Shown here: positions 59,601 through 64,000 of the stretch, piece after piece
Layout: each line of letters opens with the position of its first letter
Numbering within the stretch: the stretch's first letter is position 1
DNA from: a phage
Sequence record: PZ452582.1
DNA: 64,000 nucleotides
Reading direction: 5' to 3' (one strand)
Notes under the pieces: generated by a model
Databases searched by the model: none
The model's input: only the letters and a program-made list of their open reading frames with translations
Told to the model about the DNA's origin: nothing
Made by a program: the position numbers and the translations under genes

Positions 59601-60510
59601 GTAAACGTGCTTTACTGTCCCCGTCAAACAATCTCCATAATTTCTCATTATCATCAAACATCAAGAAACCGTCAATCGATGTACGGCCTTCAATGGAATG
59701 AGTTCCATCTTCTTGTACTGATGTTGTTTCATCATATGTCGTAACAATTGTATGATAAAGTGGATTTAGTTTATCCAAATCAACGAAATTAATAATATCG
59801 CCATGATTAGCAAATCTTGGAAGTTTAATATTTATCGGTGCAGCAGAAGTAAATCTACGTACGATAAAATCGTTGGATTGCGCTTGATAAGTATTCGCTG
59901 GTGTTACAACTACAGCTTCTCTACTATAATCAGCTACATACATTTGCCACAGACGATTACTAAAAATTAAAACTAGCTGTGACTTTGGATGAGTCATTAG
60001 TACTGAACGTACTTGTTCACCTCTGAAGTTTACAATACTTTGCACCGGAGCTACAATTAAAACTTGGTTAACTCCAGGTTTTCCTCCAATATCTTGGAGA
60101 ACGATAGTATCACCATCAATTGGAGAAGATGGTAAAGTAAATGTAATATCATTACCAGCTGCGGTGTTAACCGAAATAGCTTCACCGGATTTTAATTGAT
60201 ATGAACCAGATGAAACCGTAATCCAGTTAGCATCGGTACGTAATGCTCTCCAGCGTCCGCTATTAAAAGCTCCTGCCGGTTTTGGAATATCATTTATAGC
60301 AGCCCAAAAGCGGTTATCATAAATGATTACAAAATCTTTTAAATATCCACGAGTTGGATCATATTGTTGAACTGTGTTTTCTTGAATTAAGTAATCAACG
60401 TTAACACCGTCAGTTCCTACGGTACGATCAGCTAAAGCTACGTTGATTATTTTATCACCACCTGCGTCCAGACCATCTTCTGCTCTGAACTTTCTTTTAA
60501 TCTCGGCCAT
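56641..60510 (-). CDS. 34: gp34 long tail fibre proximal subunit
   Basis: 1289 aa (T4 gp34 length); repetitive beta-rich sequence. Confidence 0.92.
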   Translation of the reverse strand: MAEIKRKFRAEDGLDAGGDKIINVALADRTVGTDGVNVDYLIQENTVQQYDPTRGYLKDFVIIYDNRFWAAINDIPKPAGAFNSGRWRALRTDANWITVSSGSYQLKSGEAISVNTAAGNDITFTLPSSPIDGDTIVLQDIGGKPGVNQVLIVAPVQSIVNFRGEQVRSVLMTHPKSQLVLIFSNRLWQMYVADYSREAVVVTPANTYQAQSNDFIVRRFTSAAPINIKLPRFANHGDIINFVDLDKLNPLYHTIVTTYDETTSVQEDGTHSIEGRTSIDGFLMFDDNEKLWRLFDGDSKARLRIITTNSNIRPNEEVMVFGANNGTTQTIELQLPTNISVGDTVKISMNYMRKGQTVKIKAAGEDKIASSVQLLQFPKRSEYPPEAEWVTVQELVFNGETNYVPVLQLAYIEDSDGKYWVVQQNVPTVERVDSLNDSTRARLGVIALATQAQANVDLENSPQKELAITPETLANRTATETRRGIARIATTAQVNQNTTFSFADDIIITPKKLNERTATETRRGVAEIATQQETNAGTDDTTIITPKKLQARQGSESLSGIVTFVSTAGATPASSRELNGTNVYNKNTNNLVVSPKALDQYKATPTQQGAVILAVESEVIAGQSQEGWANAVVTPETLHKKTSTDGRIGLIEIATQSEVNTGTDYTRAVTPKTLNDRRATESLSGIAEIATQVEFDAGVDDTRISTPLKIKTRFNSTDRTSVVALSGLVESGTLWDHYTLNILEANETQRGTLRVATQVEAAAGTLDNVLITPKKLLGTKSTESQEGVIKVATQSETVTGTSANTAVSPKNLKWIVQSEPTWAATTAIRGFVKTSSGSITFVGNDTVGSTQDLELYEKNSYAVSPYELNRVLANYLPLKAKAADTNLLDGLDSSQFIRRDIAQTVNGSLTLTQQTNLSAPLVSSSTATFGGSVSANSTLTISNTGTATRLIFEKGPQTGTNPAQTMTIRVWGNQFGGGSDTTRSTVFEVGDETSNHFYSQRNKAGNITFSINGTVMPINVNASGSLNANGVATFGSSVTANGEFISKSANAFRAINGDYGFFIRNDAANTYFMLTASGDQTGGFNGLRPLAINNASGQVTIGESLIIAKGATINSGGLTVNSRIRSQGTKTSDLYTRAPTSDTVGFWSIDINDSATYNQFPGYFKMVEKTNEVTGLPYLERGEEVKSPGTLTQFGNTLDSLYQDWITYPTTPEARTTRWTRTWQKTKNSWSSFVQVFDGGNPPQPSDIGALPSDNATMGNLTIRDFLRIGNVRIIPDPVNKTVKFEWVE

Positions 60511-60544
60511 TCTCCCGGGCTCCTATTGTGTTTTCAATAATAAG

Positions 60545-60552
60545 TATTTATA
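60545..60552 (-). promoter_or_regulatory. late promoter TATAAATA for gene 34
   Basis: Exact TATAAATA on the minus strand about 35 nt upstream of gene 34 ATG. Confidence 0.6.
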
Positions 60553-60555
60553 CTT

Positions 60556-60585
60556 GTTTACTTTAAGATTTGGATGGTATATAAT
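60556..60585 (+). promoter_or_regulatory. early-type promoter upstream of rnh
   Basis: GTTTAC 60556-60561 and TATATAAT 60578-60585; divergent from the gene 34 late promoter. Confidence 0.45.
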
Positions 60586-60614
60586 AGAAATCTCACTAAT
60601 TGAACGAGGTTCAT

Positions 60615-61532
60615 ATGGATTTAGAAATGATGCTGGATGAAGACTACAAAGAAGGAATTTGCTTTATTGACTTTAGTCAAATTGCGCTTTCAACTGCTTT
60701 AGTAAACTTCCCAGATAAAGAAAAAATTAATTTATCAATGGTTCGTCATTTGATATTGAACTCAATTAAGTTTAATGTCAAAAAAGCAAAAACTCTTGGA
60801 TACACTAAAATTGTATTGTGTATTGATAACGCGAAATCTGGATACTGGCGTCGTGATTTCGCGTATTATTATAAGAAAAACCGTGGAAAAGCACGAGAAG
60901 AATCTACTTGGGACTGGGAAGGTTATTTTGAATCTAGCCATAAAGTTATAGATGAATTGAAAGCTTATATGCCATACATTGTTATGGATATTGATAAGTA
61001 TGAAGCAGATGACCACATTGCTGTTCTTGTTAAAAAGTTCTCTTTAGAAGGACACAAGATTTTAATCATTTCATCGGATGGTGACTTTACACAGCTTCAT
61101 AAATATCCAAATGTTAAGCAATGGTCCCCGATGCATAAGAAATGGGTTAAAATTAAAAGCGGTTCTGCTGAAATTGACTGTATGACTAAAATCCTTAAAG
61201 GCGACAAAAAGGATAACGTTGCTTCAGTTAAAGTACGATCTGACTTTTGGTTTACCAGAGTTGAAGGTGAACGAACTCCTTCAATGAAAACTTCAATCGT
61301 TGAAGCTATTGCTAATGACCGTGAGCAAGCTAAGGTGCTTCTCACAGAATCTGAATATAATCGTTATAAAGAAAATTTAGTTCTAATTGATTTTGATTAT
61401 ATTCCTGATAATATTGCTTCAAACATTGTGAATTACTATAATTCATATAAATTACCACCGCGTGGCAAAATTTATTCATATTTTGTAAAAGCGGGTCTTT
61501 CTAAATTAACTAATAGCATTAATGAATTTTGA
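60615..61532 (+). CDS. rnh: RNase H (FEN-1-like 5-prime nuclease)
   Basis: 305 aa from ATG 60615 (MDLEMMLDEDYKEGICFIDFSQIAL...); T4 RNase H length. Confidence 0.92.
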   Translation: MDLEMMLDEDYKEGICFIDFSQIALSTALVNFPDKEKINLSMVRHLILNSIKFNVKKAKTLGYTKIVLCIDNAKSGYWRRDFAYYYKKNRGKAREESTWDWEGYFESSHKVIDELKAYMPYIVMDIDKYEADDHIAVLVKKFSLEGHKILIISSDGDFTQLHKYPNVKQWSPMHKKWVKIKSGSAEIDCMTKILKGDKKDNVASVKVRSDFWFTRVEGERTPSMKTSIVEAIANDREQAKVLLTESEYNRYKENLVLIDFDYIPDNIASNIVNYYNSYKLPPRGKIYSYFVKAGLSKLTNSINEF

Positions 61533-61540
61533 GGTGAATA

Positions 61541-61810
61541 ATGGCTAAAAAAGAAATGGTTGAATTTGATGAAGCTATCCATGGCGAAGACTTGGCTAAA
61601 TTTATTAAAGAAGCATCTGATCATAAACTGAAAATTTCCGGTTATAATGAACTGATTAAAGATATTCGAATTCGTGCCAAAGATGAACTTGGCGTTGATG
61701 GTAAGATGTTTAATCGTCTATTAGCTTTGTATCATAAAGATAACCGTGATGTGTTTGAAGCTGAAACTGAAGAGGTAGTTGAACTTTATGACACAGTTTT
61801 CTCTAAATGA
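61541..61810 (+). CDS. dsbA: DsbA double-stranded DNA-binding protein (putative)
   Basis: 89 aa, between rnh and 33; T4 DsbA length. Confidence 0.75.
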   Translation: MAKKEMVEFDEAIHGEDLAKFIKEASDHKLKISGYNELIKDIRIRAKDELGVDGKMFNRLLALYHKDNRDVFEAETEEVVELYDTVFSK

Positions 61811-62126
61811 TATTCGTCCGGTCGATGAGACCGGTCTTTCAGAAAAAGAACTTTCAATCAAGAAAGAAAAGGATGAAATAGCAAAGCTTCTTGATCGTCA
61901 AGAAAATGGATTTATTATTGAAAAAATGGTAGAAGAGTTTGGAATGAGTTATCTTGAAGCTACGACAGCATTCTTAGAAGAAAACTCTATTCCTGAAACT
62001 CAATTTGCTAAATTTATTCCTTCGGGTATAATTGAAAAAATTCAGTCAGAAGCTATTGACGAAAATCTTTTACGTCCTTCTGTTGTTCGTTGTGAAAAAA
62101 CTAATACATTAGATTTTCTACTATGA
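61788..62126 (+). CDS. 33: gp33 late-transcription co-activator
   Basis: 112 aa from ATG 61788 (MTQFSLNDIRPVDETGLSEKEL...). Confidence 0.85.
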   Translation: MTQFSLNDIRPVDETGLSEKELSIKKEKDEIAKLLDRQENGFIIEKMVEEFGMSYLEATTAFLEENSIPETQFAKFIPSGIIEKIQSEAIDENLLRPSVVRCEKTNTLDFLL

Positions 62127-62776
62127 TTAAACTCCGCATGCCTGCTGGTGGTGAAAGATACATTGATGGTAAATCAGTTTATAAATTATACTTAATGATA
62201 AAACAACATATGAATGGAAAGTATGATGTTATTAAGTATAATTGGTGCATGCGGGTGTCTGATGCCGCTTATCAAAAGCGAAGGGATAAGTATTTTTTCC
62301 AGAAGTTATCAGAAAAATATAAATTAAAGGAACTTGCTTTAATCTTTATAAGCAATTTGGTTGCTAACCAAGATGCTTGGATTGGTGACATCTCTGACGC
62401 TGATGCACTTGTGTTTTATCGTGAATATATCGGACGTTTAAAGCAAATTAAATTTAAGTTTGAAGAAGATATTCGCAACATTTATTATTTTAGTAAAAAA
62501 GTTGAAGTTTCTGCTTTTAAAGAAATCTTTGAGTATAATCCAAAAGTTCAATCAAGTTATATTTTTAAACTACTTCAATCGAATATAATTTCGTTTGAGA
62601 CGTTTATCTTGCTTGATTCGTTTTTAAATATAATTGATAAACATGATGAACAAACTGATAATTTAGTTTGGAACAATTATTCTATAAAGTTAAAAGCTTA
62701 TAGAAAAATTTTAAATATCGATTCACAGGAAGCTAAAAAAGTTTTTATTGAAACTGTGAAATCTTGTAAGTATTAA
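62123..62776 (+). CDS. 59: gp59 helicase loader
   Basis: 217 aa MIKLRMPAGGERYIDGKSVYKLYLMIKQHM...; T4 gp59 length. Confidence 0.92.
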   Translation: MIKLRMPAGGERYIDGKSVYKLYLMIKQHMNGKYDVIKYNWCMRVSDAAYQKRRDKYFFQKLSEKYKLKELALIFISNLVANQDAWIGDISDADALVFYREYIGRLKQIKFKFEEDIRNIYYFSKKVEVSAFKEIFEYNPKVQSSYIFKLLQSNIISFETFILLDSFLNIIDKHDEQTDNLVWNNYSIKLKAYRKILNIDSQEAKKVFIETVKSCKY

Positions 62777-62784
62777 TTGCTTAT

Positions 62785-62792
62785 TATAAATA
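62785..62792 (+). promoter_or_regulatory. late-promoter consensus TATAAATA upstream of gene 32
   Basis: Exact TATAAATA 84 nt upstream of gene 32 ATG. Confidence 0.4.
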
Positions 62793-62809
62793 AATTATAA
62801 TTATCTCAC

Positions 62810-62875
62810 TGACCAGCTATGAGGTCATACATCGTCATAGCACCAACTGTTAATTAAATTAAAAAGGAAATAAAA
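62810..62875 (+). promoter_or_regulatory. gene 32 autoregulatory translational operator (pseudoknot plus AU-rich leader)
   Basis: Stem 1 TGACC/GGTCA (62810-14 with 62823-27), stem 2 CTATGA/TCATAG (62817-22 with 62835-40), then AU-rich tract to ATG 62876. Confidence 0.65.
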
Positions 62876-63784
62876 ATGTTTAAACGTAAATCTACTGCTG
62901 AACTCGCTGCACAAATGGCTAAACTGGCTGGAAATAAAGGTGGTTTTTCTTCTGAAGATAAAGGCGAGTGGAAACTGAAACTCGACAATGCGGGTAACGG
63001 TCAAGCAGTAATTCGTTTTCTTCCGTCTAAAAATGATGAACAAGCACCATTCGCAATTCTTGTAAATCACGGTTTCAAGAAAAATGGTAAATGGTATATT
63101 GAAAACTGTTCATCTACCCACGGTGATTACGATTCTTGCCCAGTATGTCAGTACATCAGTAAAAATGATTTATACAACACTGACAATAAAGAGTACGGTC
63201 TTGTTAAACGTAAAACTTCTTACTGGGCTAACATTCTTGTTGTAAAAGACCCAGCTGCTCCAGAAAACGAAGGTAAAGTATTTAAATATCGTTTCGGTAA
63301 GAAAATCTGGGATAAAATCAATGCAATGATTGCAGTTGATGTTGAAATGGGTGAAACTCCAGTTGATGTAACTTGTCCGTGGGAAGGTGCTAACTTTGTA
63401 CTGAAAGTTAAACAGGTTTCTGGATTTAGTAACTACGACGAATCTAAATTCCTGAATCAATCTGCGATTCCAAACATTGACGATGAATCTTTCCAGAAAG
63501 AACTGTTCGAACAAATGGTTGACCTTTCTGAAATGACTTCTAAAGATAAATTCAAATCGTTTGAAGAACTGAGCACTAAATTCGGTCAAGTCATGGGAAC
63601 TGCTGTGATGGGCGGTGCCGCTGCAACTGCTGCTAAGAAAGCTGATAAAGTTGCTGATGATTTGGATGCATTCAATGTTGATGACTTCAATACAAAAACT
63701 GAAGATGATTTTATGAGCTCAAGCTCTGGCAGTTCATCTAGTGCTGATGACACGGACCTAGATGACCTTTTGAATGACCTTTAA
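62876..63784 (+). CDS. 32: gp32 single-stranded DNA-binding protein
   Basis: 302 aa [37 protein letters not shown]...; zinc site and acidic Ser/Asp-rich C-terminus. Confidence 0.96.
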   Translation: MFKRKSTAELAAQMAKLAGNKGGFSSEDKGEWKLKLDNAGNGQAVIRFLPSKNDEQAPFAILVNHGFKKNGKWYIENCSSTHGDYDSCPVCQYISKNDLYNTDNKEYGLVKRKTSYWANILVVKDPAAPENEGKVFKYRFGKKIWDKINAMIAVDVEMGETPVDVTCPWEGANFVLKVKQVSGFSNYDESKFLNQSAIPNIDDESFQKELFEQMVDLSEMTSKDKFKSFEELSTKFGQVMGTAVMGGAAATAAKKADKVADDLDAFNVDDFNTKTEDDFMSSSSGSSSSADDTDLDDLLNDL

Positions 63785-63806
63785 TAGATTATATTACTAA
63801 TTAATT

Positions 63807-63831
63807 GGGGACCTCTAGGGTCCCCTTTTTT
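63807..63831 (+). terminator. intrinsic terminator GGGGACC-TCTAG-GGTCCCC-TTTTTT
   Basis: 7-bp GC stem followed by T6 after gene 32. Confidence 0.75.
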
Positions 63832-63856
63832 ATTTCAAAAATTTTTTCACAAAACG

Positions 63857-63886
63857 GTTTACATCCTTGTTCTTCCGTGGTACTAT
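63857..63886 (+). promoter_or_regulatory. early promoter cassette
   Basis: GTTTAC 63857-63862, 17-nt spacer, TACTAT 63881-63886; same cassette as 14247, 43009 and 46823. Confidence 0.55.
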
Positions 63887-63929
63887 ACAACTATCGGCAA
63901 TACTGCTGATGATTAAAGAGGAAAATAAT

Positions 63930-64000
63930 ATGGCTAAAGTTGATATTGACATCGTTGATTTTGAATATATTGAAGAAATTATTCGTAATCGTTATCCTGA
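63930..64000 (+). CDS. hypothetical protein, truncated at window end
   Basis: ATG 63930 after AGAGGAAA SD; [23 protein letters not shown]... runs off the window. Confidence 0.4.

Overview
The window reads as a contiguous segment of a T-even (T4-like) myovirus genome with T2/T6-type features, not bacterial chromosome. Gene order and protein lengths match the T4 early/middle region in reverse orientation, running (plus strand) from gene 55 through alpha-gt, 47, 46, rpbA, 45, 44, 62, regA, 43, 42, uvsX, 40, 41, dmd, sp, 61, dam, 56, soc, modB/modA, srd, dda, dexA, 39, rIIA, rIIB, denB, ndd, stp, 52, motA, arn to asiA; then (minus strand) the lysis/tail-fibre block t, 38, 37, 36, 35, 34; then (plus strand) rnh, dsbA, 33, 59, 32. 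All identifications rest on reading the translated ORFs and on recall of T4 protein sequences, lengths and gene order; no database search was run. Departures from canonical T4 are: a DXD (GT-A-like) glycosyltransferase where beta-gt sits, a full-length unsplit gp39, a T2-type glycine-rich gp38 adhesin with a gp37 C-terminal chaperone-like domain, two freestanding homing-endonuclease-like ORFs, and an insertion between primase and dam. That insertion (a possible PD-(D/E)xK nuclease translationally coupled to Dam, plus a divergent membrane ORF and a palindrome) is my best candidate for an undescribed system, but it is unverified. The window is also punctuated by about 16 copies of a conserved early-promoter cassette and many UUCG-loop terminator hairpins. 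No tRNA, rRNA or CRISPR array was seen.
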